This document shows, one piece after another, positions 18,383 through 27,451 of a stretch of DNA of 64,000 bases; position 1 is the stretch's first letter, and every line of letters starts with the position of its first letter. The stretch is taken from assembly GCA_030019395.1 (NCBI GenBank), contig JASEES010000002.1, positions 47,443 through 111,442 on the forward strand. The letters are read 5' to 3'. The stretch is from Methanolinea sp. GTDB taxonomy: Archaea > Halobacteriota > Methanomicrobia > Methanomicrobiales > Methanospirillaceae. The notes beneath the pieces are model-generated. The model was given only the letters and a program-made list of their open reading frames with translations, was not told the origin of the DNA and ran no database searches. A program made the position numbers and the translations under genes.

Positions 18383-18574
18383 ATGCCTGTCGTCACCGTC
18401 ACAATGGCCAGGGGCCGCAGTTATGAACAGAAGAAACGGATGGCAGAAGAGATCGCCGGGACCGTATCCCGTATCCTCGCCGTCCCGCCCGAGCGTGTCA
18501 CCATCCTCATCCACGAGCTGGAGAAGGAGAATATTGCCATTGCCGGCACCCTCCTTTCTGAACAGCAGAAATGA
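18383..18574 (+). CDS. 4-oxalocrotonate tautomerase family enzyme
   Basis: 63 aa. MPVVTVTMARGRSYEQKKRMAEEI has the catalytic Pro1 after Met and the beta-alpha-beta length typical of 4-OT. Confidence 0.85.
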   Translation: MPVVTVTMARGRSYEQKKRMAEEIAGTVSRILAVPPERVTILIHELEKENIAIAGTLLSEQQK

Positions 18575-18733
18575 ACGGCACGCCGGACCCCTTTCCCGTC
18601 CCATCCGGACCGCAGGTGCGGGGGTGAGTGTATCCCTTCCGCCCGGAGGTGATCTTCCCTGTTCGAAACCCTGAAAAAGGCAGGATCTTCCCTCCTTGCA
18701 TTTTTTGGCCTGCGCAGGAAAAGCCGTGGACAA

Positions 18734-19285
18734 ATATTCCTCGTCTCTGACCTCCACATCAACCATGCCCGGATCATCGGCTACTGCAACAGGCCTTACA
18801 GGTCAGTTTCCGAGATGAACCGTGACCTCGTTTCCCGCTGGAACTCCGTGGTCGGAGCGGGGGATACTGTCTACTGCCTTGGAGATTTCTGCATGCGGGG
18901 AAACCCAGTCCCCTGGATACGGGCACTCCGGGGCAGAAAGGTGTTCATCCGCGGAAACCACGACAACGCTCTCATGAGAGCCCGGCACCATTCCGTCATC
19001 TCGTACGGCGGCTACACGTTTTACCTCGTGCATGATCCGTGTGACGTTCCGGACTCGTGGAAGGGCTGGGTTATCCATGGTCACACGCACAACAACAGGA
19101 TGGACATTCACCCGTTCATCAACGGGATCAGGCGTACCATAAACGTCTCGTGTGAGTGCACGGGGTACACGCCGGTATCGCTGGACCGCATCATCTCCCT
19201 TGACCTCGATACCATCGAAAGGATGGAGACACTGTCCGATCGGCCCGTCCGGAAAGGCCACCCCGTCCCGGGAAAGGAATGGTAA
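18734..19285 (+). CDS. Calcineurin-like metallophosphoesterase with a defective N-terminal gene model (no in-frame canonical start before motif I)
   Basis: Motif I IFLVSDLHINH (18734-18766) lies upstream of the first ATG (18815). Downstream motifs GDF, GNHD and GHTH are present. The in-frame stop is at 18650. GTG at 18726 is 1 nt out of frame. Confidence 0.7.
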   Translation: MFLVSDLHINHARIIGYCNRPYRSVSEMNRDLVSRWNSVVGAGDTVYCLGDFCMRGNPVPWIRALRGRKVFIRGNHDNALMRARHHSVISYGGYTFYLVHDPCDVPDSWKGWVIHGHTHNNRMDIHPFINGIRRTINVSCECTGYTPVSLDRIISLDLDTIERMETLSDRPVRKGHPVPGKEW

Positions 19286-19427
19286 CCACTAATAATCCCT
19301 CCCCGAAAGTATTATTCCGCACTCCCGCGGAGGAAGGCCTGCCGCGGTGCGAAACAGGGAGTACTAAGAAAGATTCCAAAAGACTGTCTCCCGGGTACCG
19401 GAGAGTGGCAGGCGGAGGTATCGGGTC

Positions 19428-21251
19428 ATGGACCTGAAGAATATGTTTTTGGGCAGGGATGGGGCCTGGAACAGCGCCCTCGTCGTCTCGACGGCCGCCG
19501 TACTCGTCTTCAACGGCATCGGTCTCCTGATGGGCATCACCGTCGTGCTCCCCCACCTGCTCTATATCCCCGTCGTCATCGGTTCGTACAGGTATCCCCG
19601 TTTCGGGCCGTTCCTTGCCCTCGGGATCGGCCTTGCATACGTTGCCATGGTGGTCTCGTTCTTCGGAACCGGTGAAATAGTGGCAGAGGCAGCCGTCCGC
19701 GTTGCCGTCCTCGTCATCATCGGCTGGCTCATCGCCCACCTCTCGTCCCGGTTGCGCGAGAGGGAAGAATTCTACAGGGGGATCTTTGACAACTCCGAGG
19801 CAGGCCAGGTCATCGTTGCAGGGATCACGGGTGAGACGGTCATCCGGGAGACGAACTGGAACGCATCACGCCTTTTTGGGGCTCCGCCGGGATCTCTTGC
19901 GGGAAAACCGCTCCTGACCTTCATCGGCAGGCAGGCAGCTGCTGACCTCATGCTGCGACTGGAAAGGGAGGGGAGGGTGTATGGACAGGAACTGGCACTC
20001 TCCCTTCCCGGGGGGGAGACCCGCCATGCCATCGTGTCGGCAGTTCTCCTGCCGGAAGGCAGGGCGGCACTCTCCTTCGTGGATATCACGAGGCGCGTGA
20101 TAGCGGAAGAAGCCGCCCAGACAGCAAACAAGAAGCTGCACCTCCTCTCCCGGATCTCCTCGGATCACCTGCACAGGGCGGTATCCGAACTGGCAGGCCT
20201 GGCACGCACGCTCTCGGACCAGTGCAGGGACGTTTCCATCCAGCCTCTCGTTCAAGGGATCCTGGAAAAGGCAGCCACTCTTTTCCGGCACATCCAGCTT
20301 GCAGAGGCATACCAGAACCTCGGGGCATCCCCCCCGGAGTGGATCAGGGTCCAGGAGGTCTTCCGGTCTGCCCGGCCTCCGGAGGGATCCCGGGACGTTT
20401 CGATCCGACCCTGGGCGGAACGCCTTGAAATCTTTGCGGATCCCCTCTTCCGGGACGTCCTCCTGCACCTGGTGGAAAACGCGGTGCGTCACGGAGAGAA
20501 GACAAGAAACGTCGTTATCTCCTACCGCGTAGTGCCTGGCGGGCTCGAACTCTTCGTCGAGGATGACGGGAAGGGGATCCCGGCTGACAAAAAGGAGGCA
20601 ATCTTTGAGTATGACTCGGGGAAGCACGCCGGGCTTGGCCTCTTCATCTGCCGCCAGATAACTGCCGTAACGGGCATGACGATCGCAGAGACCGGGCAGG
20701 AAGGAAAGGGAGCCCGTTTCGTGATCCATGTCCCGGAGGAGAATTACCGCATAGAGGGCACGGGTGACGGAGCACCTCCCTTCCCCCTCCCCGCGGAGAC
20801 GCGAGCTGCACCTTTACCGGATCCGGCGGCAAGGGAGTTGCTCTCCGCAGAGTTCCCCCTTGCAAACAGGATCTGGCTCGATTACCACCAGACGAAGGGA
20901 GACCCGGTCACCGACAGGATCTTTGCAGCTTTTGCGGGCGGAAGGGCCGTTTCAGTCGCACGGTGCCGGAGGCACCCCGACGGGCTCGAGGTCGACGCTG
21001 TCTTCACTCCCGTGGAGCACAGGGGCCGGGGATATGCGAACCTCGCGGTGGGAGCCCTCGTTGAGGCATGCGGGCATGACACGCTCTACATGCACTCGGT
21101 CCTCAACCTCACCGGTTTTTATCAGAAATTCGGGTTCCGGGAGATCCCGGAGGCCGAACTGCCCCCGACGATCAGGGAACGGTTTGCCTTTGCAGGCGGG
21201 GAGCTCGAGGGAGCAAACGTCTGCCCCATGAAGAGGGATCCGCCCCCCTGA
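19428..21251 (+). CDS. Membrane sensor histidine kinase (PAS + HATPase_c) fused to a C-terminal GNAT acetyltransferase domain
   Basis: 607 aa. N-terminal TM helices and a PAS-like region. N-box LVENAVRHG, G1 DDGKGI, G2 GLGLFICR. After a Pro-rich linker comes a GNAT motif A, VEHRGRGYANLAVGAL, then FYQKFGFREI. Confidence 0.8.
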   Translation: MDLKNMFLGRDGAWNSALVVSTAAVLVFNGIGLLMGITVVLPHLLYIPVVIGSYRYPRFGPFLALGIGLAYVAMVVSFFGTGEIVAEAAVRVAVLVIIGWLIAHLSSRLREREEFYRGIFDNSEAGQVIVAGITGETVIRETNWNASRLFGAPPGSLAGKPLLTFIGRQAAADLMLRLEREGRVYGQELALSLPGGETRHAIVSAVLLPEGRAALSFVDITRRVIAEEAAQTANKKLHLLSRISSDHLHRAVSELAGLARTLSDQCRDVSIQPLVQGILEKAATLFRHIQLAEAYQNLGASPPEWIRVQEVFRSARPPEGSRDVSIRPWAERLEIFADPLFRDVLLHLVENAVRHGEKTRNVVISYRVVPGGLELFVEDDGKGIPADKKEAIFEYDSGKHAGLGLFICRQITAVTGMTIAETGQEGKGARFVIHVPEENYRIEGTGDGAPPFPLPAETRAAPLPDPAARELLSAEFPLANRIWLDYHQTKGDPVTDRIFAAFAGGRAVSVARCRRHPDGLEVDAVFTPVEHRGRGYANLAVGALVEACGHDTLYMHSVLNLTGFYQKFGFREIPEAELPPTIRERFAFAGGELEGANVCPMKRDPPP

Positions 21252-21283
21252 ATACAGGTCCCCCCGCCTGCCCCGGGAGCCTG

Positions 21284-21790
21284 CTACTCCCAGTACTTCG
21301 GGCGTGCTGCATATCCCCACCCGCTCTTTTCGTAGAACTGCTGGTGGTAATCTTCCGCCTTCCAGAACGGGCCGGCAGGGACGATTTCGGTTGCGATCTT
21401 TTTTCCTTTCATCCGGGGGGATTGTTGGACCCGGTCCCGCGATGCCAGTGCCTTCCGTTTCTGGTCATCGTTGTGGTAGAAGATGGCAGAGCGGTAGTTC
21501 GTCCCGATGTCGGGTCCCTGCCGGTTGACCTGGGTAGGGTCATGAATGTCCCAGAATACCCCGAGGAGCTGATCATACGAGACGATACGCGGGTCGAAAA
21601 TGATCCTGACGGCTTCTGCATGGCCGGTCGAGCCGGAACAGACTTCTTCGTGCGTCGGTTCCGGAACATTGCCCCCGGTATAGCCCACCCAGGTCTCAAC
21701 CACTCCCTTCACGCGCCGGAATGCGGCTTCGACACCCCAGAAGCAACCGGCGGCAAACGTTGCCTGTTCAAGTCCGTTTTCGTCCTGCAT
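21284..21790 (-). CDS. msrA: Peptide-methionine (S)-S-oxide reductase MsrA
   Basis: 168 aa. The active-site motif [10 protein letters not shown] is present. Confidence 0.95.
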   Translation of the reverse strand: MQDENGLEQATFAAGCFWGVEAAFRRVKGVVETWVGYTGGNVPEPTHEEVCSGSTGHAEAVRIIFDPRIVSYDQLLGVFWDIHDPTQVNRQGPDIGTNYRSAIFYHNDDQKRKALASRDRVQQSPRMKGKKIATEIVPAGPFWKAEDYHQQFYEKSGWGYAARPKYWE

Positions 21791-21899
21791 GGTCAGATCT
21801 CACGTGCGTGGCGGGCAAGGGGTATTGCCGGGAGATGCTCCCGTTTGGAAAAGCCGTATCATGTGCCCCCGGGATGCGGCTTTCCTTCTGCCCCCCCCT

Positions 21900-22742
21900 T
21901 TACAGGGCGTATGCCTCGACGAGGTCCCTTGCGGTAATGATCCCTGCAATCCTCTTTCTCTTGATGATGAGGAGTCTCCTGATATGGTTCTCGGCCATGA
22001 TCCGTGCGGCCTTGTGGATGCTGATTCCCGCCGGTGCCGAGATGAGGGGTGAACGGGCGACCTCTCCGACGGGCACATCGAGTGCTGCGCCACGGGCCAT
22101 GAGAGTCGAGAGGAGATCCCTTTCCGTGAAGATGCCGGAAGGATTTCCCCCTGTCGTGACGATCACGCTTCCTATCCTCTCCGTCCCCATTATCCGGACC
22201 ACATCGGATATCTTCTCGTCTTCGCCGACGTACACGACATCCTTCGTCATGAAATCGTTGACCGTCATCGAGGTCTCCCTTGCATCCGGCATCTCGCGGA
22301 TGAGGTCGGATGCCGTGATGATTCCACACAACTCCCCGCACGCAAAAACGGTCAGCCGACCCTTCTTCCGGATCATTGTGCGGGCAGCCTCCCGAATCTC
22401 GATGTCGGGACAGACGCGGATAAGGGGAAATGACATGACATCTTCAACAGACACGTCAGCAGGGTCAAGGTCGGCGGCAAAGACCTTGGAGAGGAGGTCT
22501 CTTTCCGTGACGATTGCGACCGGAGTCCCGTAACGGACAACGACGAGGCTTCCTATGCGACGTTCCCCCATTATCCGTGCTGCTTCGATCATGGATGTCT
22601 GGGGCGTGGTGATCACGACCCCGGAACTCATGATATCGGACACTTTCCGGTGTCTCTTGTATTCCTGGTAAGCACGGTCCACGACGGTGGGATAGGTTAC
22701 ATTGATCTTTCCTGTTGACGCCATCCGGGAATCCCCCCACAC
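21900..22742 (-). CDS. CBS domain-containing protein (four CBS repeats)
   Basis: 280 aa. Repeated V.DIMS..V....P..S...AA..M....IG.L.V. patterns. Confidence 0.85.
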   Translation of the reverse strand: MWGDSRMASTGKINVTYPTVVDRAYQEYKRHRKVSDIMSSGVVITTPQTSMIEAARIMGERRIGSLVVVRYGTPVAIVTERDLLSKVFAADLDPADVSVEDVMSFPLIRVCPDIEIREAARTMIRKKGRLTVFACGELCGIITASDLIREMPDARETSMTVNDFMTKDVVYVGEDEKISDVVRIMGTERIGSVIVTTGGNPSGIFTERDLLSTLMARGAALDVPVGEVARSPLISAPAGISIHKAARIMAENHIRRLLIIKRKRIAGIITARDLVEAYAL

Positions 22743-22813
22743 TGTGGGAGTACTCCTCCTGGTAAAAAAGGTTATCCCCTTCGTTGGTTGCGGGTATTCG
22801 TGCAGGGACGGGT

Positions 22814-23173
22814 TTACCGGATTCGGTGGAGCGCTTCCTTTGCCATGATCCGGACAAAGCAGTTTTCATCGGCACAGGCCCGGGTTAAGGGTTCCCGTGC
22901 CCGCGGGTCGCCAATCTTCCCGAGGAGCGATGCAGAGACGAACCGGATGTCCTTGTCCCCGTCCGAAAGGAGGGCAATGAGTGCATCAACGCACCTGGCA
23001 TCCCCAATGTCGCACAGGGCGTTTGCAGCAGCGATTTTTACCCGCTTGTCCTCATCCTTAAGTGCCAGCAGGAGAAAGTCAACTGCCGGCTGACCTTTCT
23101 TCCCCAGATCGTAGATCGAATGGATGATGTCGCACCTGGTCTCTTCCGCCACTCCCTGTGTATGGATGGCCAT
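22814..23173 (-). CDS. HEAT-repeat (PBS-lyase type) protein
   Basis: 119 aa. Repeated D.D..VR..AA.ALG.IGD..A...L units (DEDKRVKIAAANALCDIGDARCVDALI, DGDKDIRFVSASLLGKIGDPRA). Confidence 0.8.
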   Translation of the reverse strand: MAIHTQGVAEETRCDIIHSIYDLGKKGQPAVDFLLLALKDEDKRVKIAAANALCDIGDARCVDALIALLSDGDKDIRFVSASLLGKIGDPRAREPLTRACADENCFVRIMAKEALHRIR

Positions 23174-23394
23174 TTATAACCCCCGCCAGCCCCGGTAAGG
23201 GCAAATCATAGTCTTTACCGGCAGGATAAATCCATGTGCCATCCAGTAATGCAAGGCATATATTTTTATACCCGATCTGTCGCGACAGGAGAAGACTCTC
23301 CTGTGGGCGGGGTCCGCGAGAAAAGTGTGATGCCACCTTGATTGTCTGATTGCTGCTCTTTTATCTCCGTGTGAGAACGGGGAAAAGGTGAGGT

Positions 23395-23601
23395 TTATGC
23401 GGACTTAGCCGCAAGTTCCACGTCCTCTTCCTTGATGGTCTTTCTCCCTGCGTGGAGGGCGAGGCGGTTTGCCTCCTTTGTCAGGTTTGCAATGTACTCT
23501 TCAGCTTTTGCAACGAGGGCTGCGGCAGCATCGCTCCCGACCCTCTCAGCACCATTCTTCTTGGCAATTCTCACAACTGCAGCAATAGGTAAATCTGCCA
23601 T
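23395..23601 (-). CDS. Archaeal histone (HMf family)
   Basis: 68 aa. MADLPIAAVVRIAKKNGAERVGSDAA...HAGRKTIKEEDVELA is a canonical histone fold. Confidence 0.95.
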   Translation of the reverse strand: MADLPIAAVVRIAKKNGAERVGSDAAAALVAKAEEYIANLTKEANRLALHAGRKTIKEEDVELAAKSA

Positions 23602-23633
23602 TTATTTTACCTCAATTCAAAAAATGTATCAGG

Positions 23634-23645
23634 AAATATTTAAAG
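23634..23645 (-). promoter_or_regulatory. Putative TATA box of the histone gene
   Basis: The minus strand reads CTTTAAATATTT about 35-45 nt upstream of the ATG. An SD-like GAGGT lies 8-12 nt upstream of the ATG. Confidence 0.45.
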
Positions 23646-23781
23646 ATTTCGTGAATTTTGACCTATTCGAGCGCTGTTGTCGGTTTGCGAAGTTCTCACG
23701 GGTAATTACGAAAAATGCTCTCCGGACGGTTGTGAATACTCTCTAATCGCAATACTAACCATTTTTTGGGAAAAATAGCAG

Positions 23782-24549
23782 TTAAAATCGCTTTTTTTGG
23801 CTCCTCACGAGAAATTCCGCAAGCCTGATTGCATTTGCATAACTGGGCGAAGCGCGCGAAGTATCGATGAAAATACGGTCAATATTGAGGACAGGTGCGC
23901 CGTGTCCCTGCCCGCATCCGAGGAGCGCAAGGGTCCGGAAGACGAGGTTGCCGGAGATTCCATCGGGGGCAATGATAACGGAGCATTCCTCTGCCGCGTC
24001 CTCGATGAGGATCTCGAAGTGGGGAAAACCTGTCAGTCGTGCGACGAGCTCGGCCTGGGCAAGGCTCTCGTCGACCCGCGGGTGCCTTCCCGCATCGGAA
24101 AGCCTCCCGCCCGAGAGGATGGCGACTCCCCCCTCGAGACCGAGAATCCCAGCCAGATCTTTTGTTCTCCGTGCAATCGCCACCCTGTCAACAACGGTCC
24201 AGCCCTCGTCGATCCCGACAGGAGCAAGCAGGAATCTCCGGCCTTTTCCATCTTCGAGGAGTGCTGCACGTTCGAGGTGGTCGACGCCTGCGGCTTCCCG
24301 CAACACCCGGAGAGTGACACCTGACGGCAGAGTCCCCCTGACAGCAGCATCTATCTTTCCTGCGTAAAGGTCCCCAACGAGCATCTTCCAGGGTTCATCA
24401 CCCTCCTCGATCCCGAAATCCTGCCCCGCCTCAAGCAGTCCCGGCTTAGCATAAAAAATGACGCGTGAATCGATGCCGGCCTTCCTGGCACTCTCCTGCA
24501 CCCTCGCACCATCAGCGGCAACACCGATCCCGATCCGTCCTACCGGCAT
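23782..24549 (-). CDS. Methanogenesis marker protein 4 / MtxX-like (phosphotransacetylase-fold family)
   Basis: 255 aa. Pta/PlsX-like features and the AAVRGTL, DGISGNLVFRTL motifs typical of MtxX-like proteins. Overlaps the upstream marker-2 gene by 10 nt. Confidence 0.6.
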   Translation of the reverse strand: MPVGRIGIGVAADGARVQESARKAGIDSRVIFYAKPGLLEAGQDFGIEEGDEPWKMLVGDLYAGKIDAAVRGTLPSGVTLRVLREAAGVDHLERAALLEDGKGRRFLLAPVGIDEGWTVVDRVAIARRTKDLAGILGLEGGVAILSGGRLSDAGRHPRVDESLAQAELVARLTGFPHFEILIEDAAEECSVIIAPDGISGNLVFRTLALLGCGQGHGAPVLNIDRIFIDTSRASPSYANAIRLAEFLVRSQKKRF

Positions 24550-25550
24550 GGTTCCCCACCGGAGAAGAGGCGCATGACCCCGGTCCGGTCGAGCGAAAAG
24601 ACCGGGGTCTTCTCATTATCGAGGGAGATGGAGAGTGTCCTTTCGTCGGTGACAGCGCCGACCTCTGCCGCGGTCATGCCCACTTCGGAAAACCTGCGGC
24701 AGATCTCGCTGACCGAACCCCGGGGAGCAGTCAGGACGAATCCCATTCCCGGGTAGACCCTGACCCACTGCTCAAACGTCATGCCGTGCCTGCGCAGGTC
24801 CGGGGTTGGGAGCCGCTCGAGCGCGATCGTCGCACCCCTGCCGCTCACCTCGAGCAGCATTCCGAGTGTGCCGATGACGCCGGGATTGCTGATGTCCTTT
24901 CCTGCAGTGACAAGGTGGTCGCGTGCAAGCCCCTCCATGACCCTGACCTGGGCCCGTACCAGCCCGGGGCTCTTCATGGTGACCGAGTCCCAGTTGAGAC
25001 TGCACGAGGGGTGCACCCTTCCATCGAGGTCAACGGCCACTATCACGGAATCGCCGGTACGGGCAGTATGGGAATAGATGACTGCATCCTTTTGCGCTAT
25101 ACCGAGGATTGCGACGTCGATGACGCTGTACGGTGTATCCGGGTGCAGGTGGCCGCCCACGATCGGGACCCCGAACTGGAGCGATGCGTCGTGCATTCCG
25201 GCAATGACCTTGTTCTGGATGGTGGTGTCCGATATGGAAAAAACATCCACCATCGCGAGGGGGTGCCCCCCCATTGCCGCAATATCGTGGATATTGACGA
25301 GGACTGCGCAGTATCCTGCCCAGTAGGGGTCGGCCTCCATGAGCCGGCTCCATATCCCGTCGGCAGCAAGGAGCAGGACTTCGTCGCCATGCTCTATCAC
25401 GGCGGCATCTTCGCCAAAAGACGCAAGGATGCCGGGAGAATCAATCCGCAATGCCCTGACCATCTCGCCGATGGCCTGTTTCCGCCGGACTCCCTCGTAC
25501 TCCCTGACAGAAAGAGCAATCTCTGCTGTGGATACACCGTTCAATTCCAT
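24540..25550 (-). CDS. Methanogenesis marker protein 2 (AIR-synthase/PurM-related)
   Basis: 336 aa. PurM-like N domain (GEDAAVIE...LLLAADGI, VNIHDIAAMGG) and a C domain. Confidence 0.65.
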   Translation of the reverse strand: MELNGVSTAEIALSVREYEGVRRKQAIGEMVRALRIDSPGILASFGEDAAVIEHGDEVLLLAADGIWSRLMEADPYWAGYCAVLVNIHDIAAMGGHPLAMVDVFSISDTTIQNKVIAGMHDASLQFGVPIVGGHLHPDTPYSVIDVAILGIAQKDAVIYSHTARTGDSVIVAVDLDGRVHPSCSLNWDSVTMKSPGLVRAQVRVMEGLARDHLVTAGKDISNPGVIGTLGMLLEVSGRGATIALERLPTPDLRRHGMTFEQWVRVYPGMGFVLTAPRGSVSEICRRFSEVGMTAAEVGAVTDERTLSISLDNEKTPVFSLDRTGVMRLFSGGEPCR

Positions 25551-25631
25551 AGGACCAACAACGGCGGTTGTAATAACTCATTGGAGCATCATCAGTGATA
25601 ATTTATTTGATTACGGGTCGAATGTCTGGAC

Positions 25632-27038
25632 ATGGACTGGGCGGAAAAATACAGGCCCGCTCACCTTGATGAAATCGTTGGAAATACCGCCATTCTCCAC
25701 CAGATGCTCGATTGGGCGCGGGGCTGGGACGCCGGGAAAAAACCCCTGATCCTCTATGGCAAACCGGGGACAGGTAAGACGACGAGTGCCCATGCCCTCG
25801 CGTCCGACATGGGGTGGGAAGCCATCGAGCTGAACGCGAGCGACCAGCGGACGAGGGCCGTGATCGAGAAAGTGGCCGGCAGCGGGAGCACGACTGCAAG
25901 TTTTTCGGGGAAAAGGCGGCTCGTCATCATCGACGAGGCGGATAACCTGCACGGGACCGCGGATCGGGGAGGTGCCCGTGCGATTCTCGAACTCCTCCGC
26001 GTCGCCCGCCAACCGGTGATCCTCATTGCAAACGACCTCTATGCAGTTCCCGGGGAGATCCGGAACCGTTGCGAGGCCCTCCAGTTCCGGGCGATCCAGG
26101 CACGGTCGATCGTCCCCCGCCTCCGGTTCATCTGCAGCGCGGAAAAGATTGCCTGCAGCGAGAACGCGCTCAAAAAGATCGCGGAATCCGCAGGTGGCGA
26201 CATGAGGGCTGCAATCCACATGCTCCAGGCTGCTGCCGCGGGCAGGGACCGGCTCGACGAGGACATTTCCATTTCTGCGAAGGATACGCGATCGACAATC
26301 TTTGATGTTATCGGTGCCCTGTACGGGAGGACCGATCCCGAGTCCCTCCTCAGGCTCGCCTACGATGCCGACGAGCCACCCGACACACTCATCCAGTGGA
26401 TCGAGGCAAACGTCTCCGGAATGGACCGGATACAGGATCTCGGTACTGCATATTCTGCCCTCCTGCGGGCCGACACGTACATCGGCGATACGTACCGCCT
26501 CCAGTATTACACGTTATGGCGTTACGCACATGCCCTGATGCTCCTCGGTGTCGCCCGTGTCACGGCAGGGAAGGGTATCCATTCGCGCATCATGCCCCCC
26601 GAACGGTGGAAGAGGATATCCTCGTACCAGAAACAGAAAACCGTCAGGGCGTCCTTTCTCCGCAAGCTCGCGTCAGGTCTCCACATGCCGGAACGGACCC
26701 TGCTCGAGGAATACATGGATCCTCTCTGCCTTCTCATAGACCACGACCCCCTGACGGCAGCAAGGGAGTTCGGGCTCGATGCCGACGAGCTTGCCCTTGC
26801 CATCCATGACCGTTCACGTGCTGCCTCCGTCATCAAAACACTTGCAGCCGAAGAGAAGGAAAAGGAGGTCAGGAGGGAGAAGGAAAAGAAGGAGAAAGCA
26901 GCCCGGTCCCGGAAGAAAGACGAGGAGGAACCTTCCTTCGTGCCCGCCCCTGCTCCGGAACCGGTCCTCCCGAAGCAGGGCGGTGCCCCTGCAAGGTCCC
27001 CCCCAAAGAATCAGAAGACACTTTTTGATGGATTCTGA
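25632..27038 (+). CDS. rfcL: Replication factor C large subunit
   Basis: 468 aa. WAEKYRP, Walker A YGKPGTGKTT, Walker B IIDEADN, and a Lys/Glu-rich C-terminal tail ending in a PIP-like QKTLFDGF. Confidence 0.9.
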   Translation: MDWAEKYRPAHLDEIVGNTAILHQMLDWARGWDAGKKPLILYGKPGTGKTTSAHALASDMGWEAIELNASDQRTRAVIEKVAGSGSTTASFSGKRRLVIIDEADNLHGTADRGGARAILELLRVARQPVILIANDLYAVPGEIRNRCEALQFRAIQARSIVPRLRFICSAEKIACSENALKKIAESAGGDMRAAIHMLQAAAAGRDRLDEDISISAKDTRSTIFDVIGALYGRTDPESLLRLAYDADEPPDTLIQWIEANVSGMDRIQDLGTAYSALLRADTYIGDTYRLQYYTLWRYAHALMLLGVARVTAGKGIHSRIMPPERWKRISSYQKQKTVRASFLRKLASGLHMPERTLLEEYMDPLCLLIDHDPLTAAREFGLDADELALAIHDRSRAASVIKTLAAEEKEKEVRREKEKKEKAARSRKKDEEEPSFVPAPAPEPVLPKQGGAPARSPPKNQKTLFDGF

Positions 27039-27439
27039 CACCTGTGGTACCTGTGCAGGACGACACCGCAGTCGATGATCTCACCACCGTTCCCGTAACC
27101 CTCGAAACCGAGGTGATAGACGAGGAGGTCGCAGTCAACGGTCCGGGCGAGACGGACGAGGGCGGGCACCATCTCCTCGTGGGGCCGTACAGAATAAATG
27201 AGGTCGCAGCCCCTGTAGAGCCCGGCCTGCGGTGAAAAAATGTCGTCACGGATGAACGGAACGCCCGGGTCCGGCGGGAGCGGTGCGATGTCCGTGCAGA
27301 AGACCGATACACCCCGCTCCTGCAGCAGCCGGGCCACCTCGAGGTTCTTCCCGGCTCCCACCTCGGCGGCGCTGCGGTAATTATCTGCAATGTAGGACGC
27401 AATCAGCCTCTCAATACGTTTAAGCCCGGCCATTACCAT
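27011..27439 (-). CDS. UPF0146 family protein (methyltransferase-like Rossmann fold)
   Basis: 142 aa. The pattern IA.YI...Y....EVG.G....A..L...G..V..TDI and IYS.RPP.E match the family. Confidence 0.7.
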   Translation of the reverse strand: MVMAGLKRIERLIASYIADNYRSAAEVGAGKNLEVARLLQERGVSVFCTDIAPLPPDPGVPFIRDDIFSPQAGLYRGCDLIYSVRPHEEMVPALVRLARTVDCDLLVYHLGFEGYGNGGEIIDCGVVLHRYHRCQNPSKSVF

Positions 27440-27451
27440 GAATAATGAGGA

